Shown here: piece by piece, positions 1 to 11,691 of the stretch
How positions within the stretch are numbered: position 1 is the stretch's first letter
Layout: the number at the start of each line of letters is the position of its first letter
IMG/VR virus record: IMGVR_UViG_3300028603_000017
Location: 128,001 to 192,000 of that record
Reading direction: 5' to 3' (one strand)
Source of the DNA: a virus
Lineage: Duplodnaviria; Caudoviricetes
Length of the DNA stretch: 64,000 bases
The notes under the pieces: generated by a model
Databases searched by the model: none
What the model saw: the letters and a program-made list of their open reading frames with translations, nothing else
Told to the model about the DNA's origin: nothing
Made by a program: the position numbers and the translations under genes

Positions 1-707
1 TTATTTTCTTCTAATAGATCTAATTGAGCAAAATAAGAGCGATACTGTAATTCTAAAGATTTCTTTTGATAAGCTTGCGTTATCTTTTCTTGATAACTCA
101 CTAAACTATTGATACCTATCTTAATATCGTTAAATAAAGACTTATTGTCTTTATGTCTAACAATTTCAATAGATTCCTTAATAGCGTCTTTAGCATCTTG
201 CTCTTTTTTCTGTTCTTCTTGATTTTGAGCTAAGCTAGAGAAAACATCACCTACTTCAATAGCGATGTTTCTATTTCTAGTGGTTTCTTTGTCTTCTTGA
301 CTAAAACCTTTGAATTTATAACCTTCAGCCCATTCCTTGATAGATTTAAGGACATCTTTTGATCTCTTAAACTTCTGAGGAATGATATTATCGGTAGTTT
401 TTGCTATCTGAGCAATACTTGGTTTTATTTCCTGAACGGCTTTATTGTATAGCTGGCTGGTGTTATTTCCAACGACATTATACAGATCTTCTGCCTCTGC
501 ATAGACAGGCGGCATAGATTCTCTGATCAATCTTCTGATCAGACTAGTATTTCTAAAAGAAGAGCTTACACCTTCTTTAATACCTGATAGGATTTGTTGC
601 TCTGGCGTTCTATCTTTATTAGCATCACCAAAATCAAAATCAAAATCCGGCAAGTCTAATTCATTGTCCAGATCTATTTTGTCTGAACCAATTTTTTGCT
701 TGGCCAT
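1..707 (-). CDS. Partial (5' end only) large virion protein, probably phiKZ gp181-like tail tape-measure/structural lysin
   Basis: Not in the ORF track. ATG at 707 (minus) opens a frame running off the window edge: MAKQKIGSDKIDLDNELDLPDFDFDFGDANKDRTPEQQ... The acidic D/F-rich N-terminus and the divergent position next to the vRNAP beta' gene fit recalled phiKZ synteny. Confidence 0.55.
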   Translation of the reverse strand, partial: MAKQKIGSDKIDLDNELDLPDFDFDFGDANKDRTPEQQILSGIKEGVSSSFRNTSLIRRLIRESMPPVYAEAEDLYNVVGNNTSQLYNKAVQEIKPSIAQIAKTTDNIIPQKFKRSKDVLKSIKEWAEGYKFKGFSQEDKETTRNRNIAIEVGDVFSSLAQNQEEQKKEQDAKDAIKESIEIVRHKDNKSLFNDIKIGINSLVSYQEKITQAYQKKSLELQYRSYFAQLDLLEEN

Positions 708-776
708 ACTTAGATATACTTACGTTATAAAAATTAATAAACTTCACACAATTTCAGCTGATCCATTGGAACCACT

Positions 777-2835
777 ATGAGTGATTTCGCAGTTCCCTTT
801 AATATTTATCTACTAAACCTCACTCCTGATAAGTTAGCAGGTATGATACCTGTGACTTCTTTGGATATATTTGAGGGTATGTCCAGGAATTTACATAATG
901 ACGGTCTTTTCTCTATACCTATCTTTGGTAGAATCGGCTCTCCAGCTCGCACAAGCCGATATAGCTACATCGATATCAAGGTACCAATATTTCACCCAAC
1001 AATATATCGATCTTTGCTACAACTCAAGAGTCTTTATGGAGAAATCTTACAAGGCAAATCTTACGCTATTTGGAATGATGAAGTAAAAGACTTTGTTAAA
1101 TCATCTCAGTTAGATGGTGAAACAGGGTTTGAGTTCTTTGTTACGCATTGGAAAGATATCGTCTTTGAGTCTAGACCGAGTGACTTAAGAGCTAAAAATA
1201 TTGAGCTAATCGATAAGTACAAAGACATTGCTTTAATGGATAAAGTTATCGTAATGCCTGCTGGCTATAGAGATATTGAGATTGAAGACGATAGAATTAC
1301 CGTAAATGAAATCAACGATCTCTATAAAAAGCTCTTAAGAGTATCCAATACCATCTTACCTATTACAGTAAAAGACGATATTGAAATGCTCAATGGTGCT
1401 AGATACAGTATGCAAAATACATTCAATCAAATCTACGATATGATTGAGTCTATGATCAAAGGTAAGAAAAAGCTCATGATGGGTAAATGGGCTAGCCGTA
1501 AAATCTTTAACGGCACCAGAAACGTGATTACGTCTTCTGATATTCGCTCAGATGAATTAAATGCTCCCAATAACGTAGGTTTTAACGACACTATTTGTGG
1601 TCTATACCAATACATTAAAGCAACCCTGCCTTTAGCTATTGCTAAACTACGTACTGGTTTTCTAAGCAATGTCTTTGTATCTGCACAGTCACCTGCTTAC
1701 TTAACAGATAAAAAGACACTCAAGAAAGTAGAAGTTAAAATAGATAACGATGTCTTTGACAGATGGATGAGTGATGAAGGACTAGAAAAAGTCATTAGTC
1801 TATTTTCAGAAGAATCTATCAGACACGACTATTTAGAAGTCAATGATCACTATATTGGCTTAGTATATAAAGGACCTGGTGTCTTTAAATTCTTCCAAGA
1901 TATAGATGAGTTACCTGAAGAATATAGTAAGGACGATGTTTATCCGATTACTTTCACGGAACTCATTTACGGCTCTGTATACCATGACGCTCATTTATAC
2001 CCAGCTCTAGTGACACGGTATCCTGTCACTGGGTTTGGTAGTATCTATGTCTCTAATATCTATCTAAAGCCTACTCTTAAGGTAGAGAAAAGAGCTCCCT
2101 TAGGAGATGATTGGCAAATAGATCCCTATAAACCTATTGCTTATAACTTTCCTACTAAATCTGATTTCGTAAATGCGATGTCTCCTAGTCCGAGTAAATT
2201 ACAAAATCTCGGAGCTGATAATCGAATGGTATTTTCTTAATTTATTCATAGAACACTATGTTTAAAAGGTATGTTTACGTAAACATATTTGAAACTGTAG
2301 TGGGTTTCAAGAAAATCCAATCGTTTTGTCCTACCTTACAGTAATGTAAGGATAGAATCTCCTTTAATTGCTAGAAAGCCCTTAGAGCTTAACTACCACT
2401 GCGAGCAGTAATGCAAAGCGACAGCTCTACCTAATTGGTAAAGCCATGGTTTGAAAAGTGTTAAGATTGGGTAACCAGCAGCGAAGCTACCCTAATAGGT
2501 AGAACGTTCAACGATCAACCCTTTAGCAAGGTGTACACTCAAGTGAGTGGAAATGGGGAGCTACCTGTTATGCAGGTAGAAGATATGATCTACTCTATAT
2601 GGAAACATATAGCAGGCTATTGTGCCGGACTAAGATTAACGACCTTAGTTGAATACATAGGTTTGATGGAGATACTTGTTCACTAAATATTCTCTATTCT
2701 GATGAAAGTATAAGTGAGACTAGAAAATACATGCAATCTGCTAAGTATTACGTAGGCTCTAATGGTAAGATTAACTTTAGCGCTGAGACTGATACTACTA
2801 AATTCGTTTTACACAATCTAACATCGGATGTTTAA
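777..2835 (+). CDS. Virion RNA polymerase beta'-N subunit (RpoC-like, phiKZ gp180-like), spliced: exons 777-2219 and 2662-2835, 538 aa
   Basis: Motifs GLFSIPIFG, KGKKKLMMGKWASRKI and VTRYP. Exon 1 ends LGAD. Removing 2220-2661 joins FDGDTCSLNILYSDES...LTSDV*, restoring the catalytic ADFDGD in frame. Confidence 0.92.
2220..2661 (+). mobile_element. Group I intron 1 (442 nt, no homing endonuclease ORF)
   Basis: 5' exon ends in U (GAU) and the intron ends in G. Core elements: AATTGCTAGAAA (P), AACCAGCAG (Q), TTCAACGATCA (R), AAGATATGATC (S). Two hairpins between P7 and P3'. Excision restores DFDGD. Confidence 0.92.
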
Positions 2836-2836
2836 T

Positions 2837-5800
2837 ATGGCAGCTCCTGCTATACCCTTTGAGAGTTACTATAGAAAAAACGGCCTAAGATCTCCTCAGT
2901 ATCTGATGGCTCCTAGGATGCCTAGTATTGAAAGCTTCTTTTTCCCTAAAGACTCTATTCACCATTATGTTGTTTATGATGGTGTGTCTAAGCATCCTGC
3001 TAGTGATGAGTACTTTTACAGAGATATTCAAAAGAAGATCTTTGTACAACATATTCCTGATATCAAAGATAATAAAGGCTCTCCTAGAAAATTAGCTATT
3101 CCTGTGATGCCTATGATTAGGGAATTTCACATCAGGAATAAAAGGTTTAGATTACTAGAAAAGCTCTCTAGTGTCAAGGATGAAAATACTTTAGTTACAA
3201 TTAACTATGGTTTTGCTCCTGTAGGATACAAATACGTAAAGTCTTTTTATGCTAACTACTACAAGTGGTGGAATATTGAAAAGACACTTTGGAGTACTTT
3301 AGATAGCATTACCAAAGAAAGTAATCGACAAAACTTTATCTTTACCAACTTACCTAAGACTTTACCTAGTGTATCTCGTCTTAATATGTTTTCTGATACT
3401 TTTAATCAGGAGATGGTAAAGCGGTTTAATACACCCGAATCTCTATTTCTATTAGAGATGTGGAAGTGGCTATCTGCTGAGAATAGAGGTAATTCTATCA
3501 TTGGCAACATGGGTCATAACCAATTAAAGAAAATTAATATTGTCATACAAGAATCTGGACGATATATATTGGTTAATCTAGGTGAGTTAAATAGCTGGAG
3601 AGCAGAAACTACTGATGTACCAGAGCAAAAGATACGGATTGACTCTAGTGCTTTACAAAAGCGATTCCTAAGAATGTTGATGACATTAATGGAAAACCGC
3701 ACTGTAGTAGACGCTCAATTGGTAGATGATGAAGTAGATGGTAATATTCCAGATACACCTATCGATAGCGATCCAGACCTGAGTGATCTAGATAGTCTAG
3801 AAAAAGATACTACCACTCCCACATCTGCACCATATGTAGATACAGATGCAGATATGGTAGCTGGTAAAGGCGATTTTATCAATCTGGATGAGAAAGACAG
3901 TGAAGTTAAAGAATTAACCAAAGCTGAGAAAATCAATGAATTAATTGATAATCTGGATAATGACCTACAGGCATTAGAGATTATTGAAAATGAAAAAGAC
4001 AATATTCTACTGGATGAGGAAATAGAAGATAAGAAGATTTCTAAAGAAATCTCTATCAGTCATTCAGATAAAGCTATTGAATTTGATTTCTTTAATAAAG
4101 AACTCAATCCTGAAGACAGAATTGTTAATCTCTGTAATGAATTAGCTGACGATGGGTTAATGACAGCTAGTGAATATAGGCGTTTAACCAATAATGCTGA
4201 TAATTATAAACGCTTGCCTAGTCCGTACGATAGTGGAAAATCATTAGCTGAATTTGGTGAAATTAAACCAGAAGAGATAGCTATTACTGAATCTGCTAAA
4301 ACAGTAGACAGGAACACCATTATTGATAAGACCATGTTATCATCTAGTCTATTAGACTTTGATGAAAGATACATTAAAAATATCTTACCTAAAGATATTG
4401 TCAATATGGTAACAGCTGCCCAAAATGCTGGATTCATTATATCTAAATACGAAGTAGAGCCTATTGAAGATATTCTAGGTAAATACGAATCTCACACTGT
4501 TCGCATTGCTCCTATTCAAGGTCAACCTAGTACTCTACGATTTAAGATACCTAAGGTTGAGGAAGACGGTGTTTATGTTAGCTCAGGTATCCGCTATAGG
4601 CTTCGTAAACAGCGGTTTGACCTTCCTATTCGTAAGATATCTCCAGATCGTGTTGCTCTATCGTCCTACTATGGTAAAACTCTAGTTACTCGCAGCGATA
4701 AGAAAGTTAATGATTACGGAGCATGGCTATCTAAAAACATAATTGCCAAAGCTATTGATAATACTGATCCTAATGTGATCAACTTATCTGCTGGTGATGT
4801 ATTTGTTAACGATGTAAACTTACCTAGAAGTTATACAGCTATTTCAATGGCTATTAGAGGATTTACCTCTAATGGATTTAACTTTAACTTTGATTATAAT
4901 AATAGAGTTGAGTTCTTTGGTCAGGAAAACATTGACAAGTATGAAAAAAATGGCTATACATTAGTAGCAGATAATGCTACTAATGAGTTTTTGGTCATTG
5001 ATCAAAATAATGTTCTATATAAAGTAGCTAACGATACTTTAGATCCAGTAGGTTCTATTGAATCCTTTATTGGTTTAGATATTGCTAATGCTCCTGTAGA
5101 CTTTGCTCAAATTAAAGTATTTGGCAAAAATATACCTCTGGTATTAATATTGGGCTATATGTACGGATTAGAAAATCTAATCAATGTACTAAAAGCCGAT
5201 GTCCGTAGAGTCTCTAGTGGTCAAAGACAGAATCTGCAAGAACACGAATACGCTATTGCTTTCAGTGATGAAACTCTGATCTTTAGCAAAGATGACGAAT
5301 TAGCTGCTATGATATTCTCTGGTTTTAGAGAATATGCTAAACATATCAGAAATTATTCTGTTTATACTTTCGATAAACCTAACGTTTATTTGAATGTATT
5401 AGAATCTAATGGAATTGGTATTAGGTACTTAAGAGAAGTAGATTTAATGGACAAAATGTTCGTTGATCCTATTACTAAAGAAATTTTAGTAGAGATGAAA
5501 GAACCTACTACTTTCAGAGGCTTGATTGTCAGAGCTGCCCAGCTGCTACTCAAAGACGCTCATCCGGATGCTTTAGATATGCAGTTCATGCGTATTAAGG
5601 GCTATGAGAGATTTGCTGGTGCTATATATGCTGAGTTAGTTAATTCCGTTAGAGAACATAACTCTAAAGCTGGTAAAGCTAATCAACAGATTGAATTACA
5701 TCCTTATGCTGTTTGGAAGAGGATTACGGCAGATCCTAGTATTAACTTAGTATCTGATATCAATCCGATTGAAAACTTAAAACAACAAGAAGCAGTTACT

Positions 5801-7768
5801 TATTCTGGTACAGGCGGTAGAGTATCTCGCTCGATGACAAAATCTTCTAGAGCTTATCACCCTAACGATATGGGTGTAATCTCTGAAGCTACTGTTGATA
5901 GTTCCGACGTAGCTATTAATACCTATACTTCTGCTGATCCTCAATTCGTATCACTACGAGGTAGGGCTAAGAAATATAACTTTGATGAACAAAATCCTAC
6001 TGCTGTACTAAGCACTAGCGCTTTAACTGCTGTAGGTAGTGATAGTGACGACCCCAAGCGCGTATTGACTTGCGCATTCTTCTCTAATTGCTGGAAACCC
6101 CTAAAACTAGTTAAACTACTGCGAGCAGTAATGCAAAGCGAATGTTTAAAAATTAACTAGATGTTACAATGGGCAATCAGCAGCTAAGCTGGCTGTTTAA
6201 CAGGCAGAAAGTTCAACGACTAGTCGAAAGACGTACATTCAATCGAATGGAAATGGGAAGACTACTTATTTAAGTAGAAGATATAGTCTGGCCTATATGG
6301 AAACATATAGCTGCGCGTAATGGCGCGAAACTACGCAATTGTATTAAGTTAAGACATTTAATACATTAGATAACGTAGTTTGAACACTCGCAAAATTTTA
6401 TTAATATTCAGAATACTCATTCGACTGCTTGTAGTGGATATATGCAAGCTCCTGTGCGTACTGGATATGAATCAGTCTTGGGTCAAAGAACTTCTGATCT
6501 ATTTTGTTATTCTGCTAGACAGAAAGGCAAAGTTATATCTAAGAAAGATAATAGTATTCTAATCGAATACGAAGACGGCACTCAAAAAGGAATACAGTTA
6601 GGTAGACGCTTTGGCGCAGCAGCTGGTCTAACTATTGCTCACAATGTTGTTAGCGATATGAAAGTAGGTCAAGAATTCAATCGTGGCGATATCATTGCTT
6701 ATAACGACGGATTCTTTGAAAAGGATATACTCAATCCTGATAATGTTATTTTAAAAAATGCTGTTCTAGCTAAAACCGTTTTATGGGAGTCTACTCAGAC
6801 TCATGAGGACGCTAGCAGTATTTCTAGGAAACTAGCTGATAAGCTTAGTACTAAAATTACTAAGGTCAAACAAGTTGTTATTAGCTTTGAACAAGAAGTT
6901 AAAGATATCTTAAAGCCTGGTAGTGACGTAGAGCATCAAACAATTCTATGTACAATTGAAGATCCCTTGACTTCAGGTGCTGGACTATTTGATGAAAGTA
7001 CTTTATCTACATTAAAAATGTTTAGCAATCAAACACCTCAAGCTAAAACAAAAGGTGTGTTAGAGAAGATTGAAGTTTTCTATAATGGCGAAAAAGAAGA
7101 CATGAGTGACAGCTTAAGAGCATTGGCTGACGCTGGTGATAGAGCTTTGGCTAGTCAATTCAGGTCTTTGGGTAAGCGCCCAATGACAGGTCAGGTAGAT
7201 GAGGGTTACCGTATTGACGGAGATCCTTTACAGTTAGATCACTTAGTTATTAAGTTTTATCTAACGACTGATGTGTCAGCAGGTGTTGGTGATCGACTTG
7301 GTCCTATTTGTTAGTAATAGCAAAATAGATTTCTCCTTAATTGCTGGGAACTCCTACTTCAGTAGGACAATCAGCAGCCGAACTATCTACTTATAGATAG
7401 AGGGTTCAACGACTATCCCCTAACCAGGGAGTACACTCAAGTGAGTGGAAACAGGAGACTGCCTGTATAACAGGCAGAAGATATAGTCTGCTCTGTATAG
7501 TAATATACAGCAGTACCTTATGGTACGGATAAGGATTAACGACCCTTATTGAACACACAGGAAAGGCGTTTTCGCTAATCAAATGAAGACCGTATTCTCT
7601 GAAGTTATGGATTACGAGATGAGAACAGAGTCTGGTGAAGAGATCGATGCTGTTTTCGGACAGAAGTCTATTGATGATCGTATTGTGTTGTCTGCCTTAA
7701 CAATTGGTACAACAAATACACTGCTTGATGTGATTGCTAAAAAAGCAGTCAAGATTTACGAAAGCTAA
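2837..7768 (+). CDS. Virion RNA polymerase beta subunit (RpoB-like, phiKZ gp178-like), spliced: exons ~2837-6061, ~6391-7293, 7562-7768, about 1444 aa
   Basis: Three ORF-track fragments (2828-6160, 6442-7314, 7583-7768) join through introns 2 and 3 to give DDPKR-x-NFINIQ...APVRTGYE...THEDAS...GVGD|KGVFANQMKT...DAVFG, which are RpoB-like conserved blocks. Confidence 0.9.
6062..6390 (+). mobile_element. Group I intron 2 (329 nt, ORF-less; boundaries uncertain by 2 nt)
   Basis: AATTGCTGGAAA, AATCAGCAG, GTTCAACGACTA and AAGATATAGTC core. Interrupts DDPKR/NFINIQ. The frame-restoring junction is non-canonical (see findings). Confidence 0.88.
7294..7561 (+). mobile_element. Group I intron 3 (268 nt, ORF-less)
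   Basis: Exon ...GGT GAT | intron ... G | AAA GGC GTT restores GDK. The IGS GUC pairs with exon GAU (U.G). P/Q/R/S core present. Confidence 0.93.
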
Positions 7769-7770
7769 AT

Positions 7771-7965
7771 ATGAACGATAACCGTAAAATAACAGAAGCG
7801 TCTGTTTGCACCTTAGGGAATGCAGCAGATGTGGTTGCTAGAGTGATTCTTAATATTGCTGGTAATGATATTTCTACTAAACTCAGTGGAACTAACATGA
7901 CCATGAATTCTGTTAAGGAGCTGGCTTTGGCTAGATTTAATCTTAACCTGAGTAAGAAAGCGTAA
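7771..7965 (+). CDS. Small hypothetical protein (64 aa)
   Basis: Tightly packed in the operon, 2 nt after the beta stop and 2 nt before the next ATG. Confidence 0.7.
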   Translation: MNDNRKITEASVCTLGNAADVVARVILNIAGNDISTKLSGTNMTMNSVKELALARFNLNLSKKA

Positions 7966-7967
7966 AA

Positions 7968-9395
7968 ATGATTGATAAAAGCTCTTTTGAAAAAGCACTA
8001 GGTGTAGCTAACATCTTTGCAGCTAAGGGCTTGGCAATCGTGCCAGAGGAGGGAACTCCTCTGGCTCAACTGGTTGGTACTACCAATCTGGTTGGTCAAT
8101 TGCCAACATATAGCTCTGAAACAGAATTTGTAGCTGAGGACAGCATTATTCTGTCTATGGTATCTGAGAACGAAACCCATGATGCTTTGTATGACGATTA
8201 CGTCAATGCTCTATCAACTGGTTTATCGTTTCAAATCAATAATGCTAGGAATATTATCAATCCTATCATCAACGAAGCTGTTGAAGCTATCAAAAAGTAT
8301 GTCGCTGAAAACAATACTAGCGCTTATTCTTTTGAATTGATTCAAAAAGATATTCCTACTCCTTTACAAAACGACAGCTTTGTACAAGAAGTCACTAAAA
8401 ATGATGGTGGCAGTTTTGTACAGCCTCGTGGTCGTATTACTATTCGTGATGTAAGCGATATTGCAGGTATTACTGAAAAGCTAGTGACTGGCTCTGAAAT
8501 CTTTGACAGCTCTGTCAAGGAGTGGATCGATAATAAGGGTGAAGCCTTTATTGTAGATCTATGGAAAAAGACATTTGCTTCCGTACATGAAGGTCCGTAT
8601 CAAACTCTACCTGAGTTAATGGATATCTTTAAGGGTCCTGATGCTTTAGATAACGCTTTGTTTGTTTATCTAGTATCTAGAAAACTCATGGATGATGCTC
8701 CTGAATACGCTAACATGTCGTTAGCTAATTGGAGAGAGACTGTTAGAGATTATATCAATAACAGTGCTAAAACCATTACGCGTGAGATTTCCATGGGTCA
8801 AACCATGACCAGTAATAAGACTTTAGTGACTAGAGTTGATTTCAATAACAAAGTTGTTATTGTAAACGGTCCTGTGTATCGGGATTATATTGCTACTGGT
8901 GGTAAGAACGAAATCATCTTTGGCGCTATTGTAAGTGATGAAGTTCCTTATAGCTTAGGTGTTATTCTGGCTAATCCTGAAAAGTATCAAAAGGCTTGGG
9001 ATAGCTACGCCAGCATCAATAAAGCGTCTCTGAGAGCTAAAGCTTTTGCTAGCTTTAAAGAAGCTTGTGAATTTGTACTGGTAGGACAACTCAATTCTCT
9101 GGCTGAATTTGAACAAGAAAAATTCAACGAAAACTCTGCCTTTAGAGACACTATTGTCGCTAGCTATAAAAACCTGATCAAACACCTGTATATTGAAGAT
9201 ATGAACAATATCTACCATACAGTGATGAAATTGGTTTGTAACGGTAGATTTCCTTATACAGACGCGTATCGTTTCTTAGACGCTATGAACGATATTGCTA
9301 AGGATAATCCTGAGCTAGATCCTAGAGAAGCCGCTACTGTAGCGACTATTGAATATATTAGCGATCACATGGCTGATCAAATGAAGCTGGTATGA
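7968..9395 (+). CDS. Conserved virion-associated protein (phiKZ gp177-like)
   Basis: 475-aa ORF; assignment from synteny between vRNAP beta and the protease. Confidence 0.6.
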   Translation: MIDKSSFEKALGVANIFAAKGLAIVPEEGTPLAQLVGTTNLVGQLPTYSSETEFVAEDSIILSMVSENETHDALYDDYVNALSTGLSFQINNARNIINPIINEAVEAIKKYVAENNTSAYSFELIQKDIPTPLQNDSFVQEVTKNDGGSFVQPRGRITIRDVSDIAGITEKLVTGSEIFDSSVKEWIDNKGEAFIVDLWKKTFASVHEGPYQTLPELMDIFKGPDALDNALFVYLVSRKLMDDAPEYANMSLANWRETVRDYINNSAKTITREISMGQTMTSNKTLVTRVDFNNKVVIVNGPVYRDYIATGGKNEIIFGAIVSDEVPYSLGVILANPEKYQKAWDSYASINKASLRAKAFASFKEACEFVLVGQLNSLAEFEQEKFNENSAFRDTIVASYKNLIKHLYIEDMNNIYHTVMKLVCNGRFPYTDAYRFLDAMNDIAKDNPELDPREAATVATIEYISDHMADQMKLV

Positions 9396-10117
9396 ATATA
9401 AAATCTCTTGTTAGGGATAGTGCTAAAGTATTTGCTGCCTTGCAAGAAATGAATGATGGTAAAGTAGTAGCGAAGCAGGATTGTAAGATTTATATTCCTG
9501 CTCGCTTTACTGAAAGAGGCTTAGCAGAACTAGGAGCTACAGATACTTACATCGTAGGTATCTGTAGCATCGTAGTCGATAGCTTTTATGCCGTCATGAA
9601 TGTTTGTGCTATGGTACGTATTGAGCCAGACGATATCAATCGTATCAAAATACAAGGTGACGAATACATTGAGTTTACTTTCTCTAAAGGCTCAACGATT
9701 ATAACGACTTTAGATCTGGTTAAGAATGACCAATTGGTTTATCGTATTTACGATGAAATCATATCTAAGGGTAGAGTGCCTTGGTACATGAGTTACAATG
9801 ACTTAGGTCATATCTTTGATACAGCCAAACATCACGCTGGTGCTAATATTGGTGAAAACCCTGAAGTCACTAAACTGATTGTTTCTATGATTGCTAGAGA
9901 TAGAAACGATAAATCTAAATATTATCGCACAGTAGCTCAAGAGCCTGATGTATTAAAGAAATATCCTCCTACCTTTATTGCTTTGAAGTCTGTGATTTAT
10001 GCTGCTACCAACACTTTGAATAAGTTAGCTGGCAGTTACTTCTCTACAGGCGTAGTATCTGCATTAGTAGAGCCAACTACTCGCAGTGAGCGAATTGACA
10101 CCATATTGAGAAGGTGA
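9392..10117 (+). CDS. Conserved protein (phiKZ gp176-like)
   Basis: 241-aa ORF with ATGA overlap; synteny. Confidence 0.6.
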   Translation: MNIKSLVRDSAKVFAALQEMNDGKVVAKQDCKIYIPARFTERGLAELGATDTYIVGICSIVVDSFYAVMNVCAMVRIEPDDINRIKIQGDEYIEFTFSKGSTIITTLDLVKNDQLVYRIYDEIISKGRVPWYMSYNDLGHIFDTAKHHAGANIGENPEVTKLIVSMIARDRNDKSKYYRTVAQEPDVLKKYPPTFIALKSVIYAATNTLNKLAGSYFSTGVVSALVEPTTRSERIDTILRR

Positions 10118-10158
10118 TAAAATGTTATGAATAAATTCAATAACAAAGGCTAAGTGTC

Positions 10159-10923
10159 ATGAATGTTAAATTTGCTTGTACGCAATTAGCATCCAGTGGT
10201 AAGAAAGGTATTTTAGTACCGGATGAAAACGGTTATTACACAATGCCTGTTGGAGGCTTAAATGTCTTCAATAGTGCAGGTATGTATTATACTGCTGTCG
10301 GTGCTAAAGAGTTATTTGAAGGATCTAGCCAACTTATGCGTCGTGTTAAGCGCGGTGCATTAAGAGGTGAAGTAGGTCATCCTCAAAAACAACCTCGCCA
10401 ATCGGATGATGATTATTTAATGAGAATTCTAACCATTGACGAAAAGAATGTGTGTGCGCACTTTTCTGAATTGTGGTTAGACTTTGATAACTATAAAGAT
10501 ATCGATGGTAAACCCATGATTGCCATTATGGGTAAAGTTGCTCCCAGTGGTCCCTTTGGTGCAATGCTAAAGGCTTCTTTTGATAATCCCAAAGAAAACG
10601 TTTGTTTCTCTATCCGTAGTTTAACGGAAGATGTGTATAAGCGTGGTATTTGGGAGAGGACTTTAAGAAACGTAGTCACGTTCGACTATGTTAATGAGCC
10701 TGGTATTCATATTGCTGAAAAATATAAATCCACAGCCCTAGAAGGTTTTGGTGTGGAAACTCTGGTAGAAAAACCCATTACCAGAAACCAGCTAAAAAGA
10801 GCTATCACATCAGGTAGTGCTTCAACAGCTGCTTTGGAGAGTATTTCGCTTACCCCTGCGGAACTCTTCAGATCCTTAGGATGGTCGCTAGAAAGCGATA
10901 CTCCTTTCTCCTCAAAATGGTGA
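10159..10923 (+). CDS. Prohead maturation protease (phiKZ gp175 / T4 gp21-like)
   Basis: Catalytic motifs GEVGHP, FSIRS and TFDYVNEPG; ALE/SLE sites in its own C-terminal tail. Confidence 0.88.
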   Translation: MNVKFACTQLASSGKKGILVPDENGYYTMPVGGLNVFNSAGMYYTAVGAKELFEGSSQLMRRVKRGALRGEVGHPQKQPRQSDDDYLMRILTIDEKNVCAHFSELWLDFDNYKDIDGKPMIAIMGKVAPSGPFGAMLKASFDNPKENVCFSIRSLTEDVYKRGIWERTLRNVVTFDYVNEPGIHIAEKYKSTALEGFGVETLVEKPITRNQLKRAITSGSASTAALESISLTPAELFRSLGWSLESDTPFSSKW

Positions 10924-10965
10924 CATATTGGCTATAGGGTTCACAAGACCCTATAGCTTTTATGT
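10923..10965 (+). terminator. Stem-loop terminator with CATA...TATG flanks
   Basis: GCTATAGGGT / ACCCTATAGC inverted repeat right after the protease stop. Confidence 0.75.
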
Positions 10966-10992
10966 TGATTTGATTTCAAATTAATATAAACT

Positions 10993-11000
10993 CATATTAC
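10993..11000 (+). promoter_or_regulatory. Putative early (vRNAP) promoter core CATATTAC
   Basis: Resembles the phiKZ early consensus TATATTAC and recurs upstream of several early genes. Confidence 0.55.
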
Positions 11001-11094
11001 AATACTGGAATGTAATTACAATATTCGTGTAAAAATTACTTTACCTAACCATTATTGTGTAATATTCATTTTCTTTAAAGGACATTTTAAATTC

Positions 11095-11691
11095 ATGGAA
11101 TCCGTTTCCCTTAACGGCAAAGTTTACGGTCTAGACAAAGTTCTGGCTCTGGTTTCTCAATCTGCCAAAACGAATTATAATAAAGAACAGATTGCTGAAC
11201 TCAAGTCACTTGATACAGCTGTAATCAGTGACAAAACCAAACATCTAATCATTACGCCATTTGAAGGCGTAAATGTCGTCCTAGTCAAACCTAGCAATTA
11301 CGAAGAACAAATTGCTAAGGATAATGTGTCTGTTGCGTTTTACAGTAAGTTTCTGATAAAGAAACTCAATACTGAAAACGTGATTATCGATACAGCTCCT
11401 ATTGACAATCGTCCTCGATACGATAATCGAGATCGTTATGATCGCAATGATCGTCCTCGTACATATGAGCGCAGAGATGGTTATAGATCTGATAATCGAA
11501 ATGACACTAGGAATGACTCTAGGAGCTTTGATAGGAATCCTCGTCCTGCCATGAATCGCAGCTACGACAGCAGAGCGCCACAAAGCTCTGCTCCTAACAA
11601 TGGATTCAATAACAGCTCAAGACCACCACAAAGACCAAGACTATTTGATACTCCTCGCCCGAGTGTCAACCGAGAATCTCGTCAGCAATGA
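11095..11691 (+). CDS. Hypothetical protein with R/D/N-rich disordered C-terminal half
   Basis: 198 aa; AAGGA RBS; tail DNRPRYDNRDRYDRNDRPR... Confidence 0.8.
   Translation: MESVSLNGKVYGLDKVLALVSQSAKTNYNKEQIAELKSLDTAVISDKTKHLIITPFEGVNVVLVKPSNYEEQIAKDNVSVAFYSKFLIKKLNTENVIIDTAPIDNRPRYDNRDRYDRNDRPRTYERRDGYRSDNRNDTRNDSRSFDRNPRPAMNRSYDSRAPQSSAPNNGFNNSSRPPQRPRLFDTPRPSVNRESRQQ

Noticed and set aside
6380-6562. 60-aa + strand ORF
   Set aside because: It is an out-of-frame shadow of beta exon 2; it is the frame a canonical mis-splice would enter.
777-7768. RNAP genes as pseudogenes or naturally split ORFs (777-2240, 2828-6160, 6442-7314, 7583-7768)
   Set aside because: The gaps contain full group I cores and excision restores conserved motifs in frame; the ORF tails are read-through into introns.
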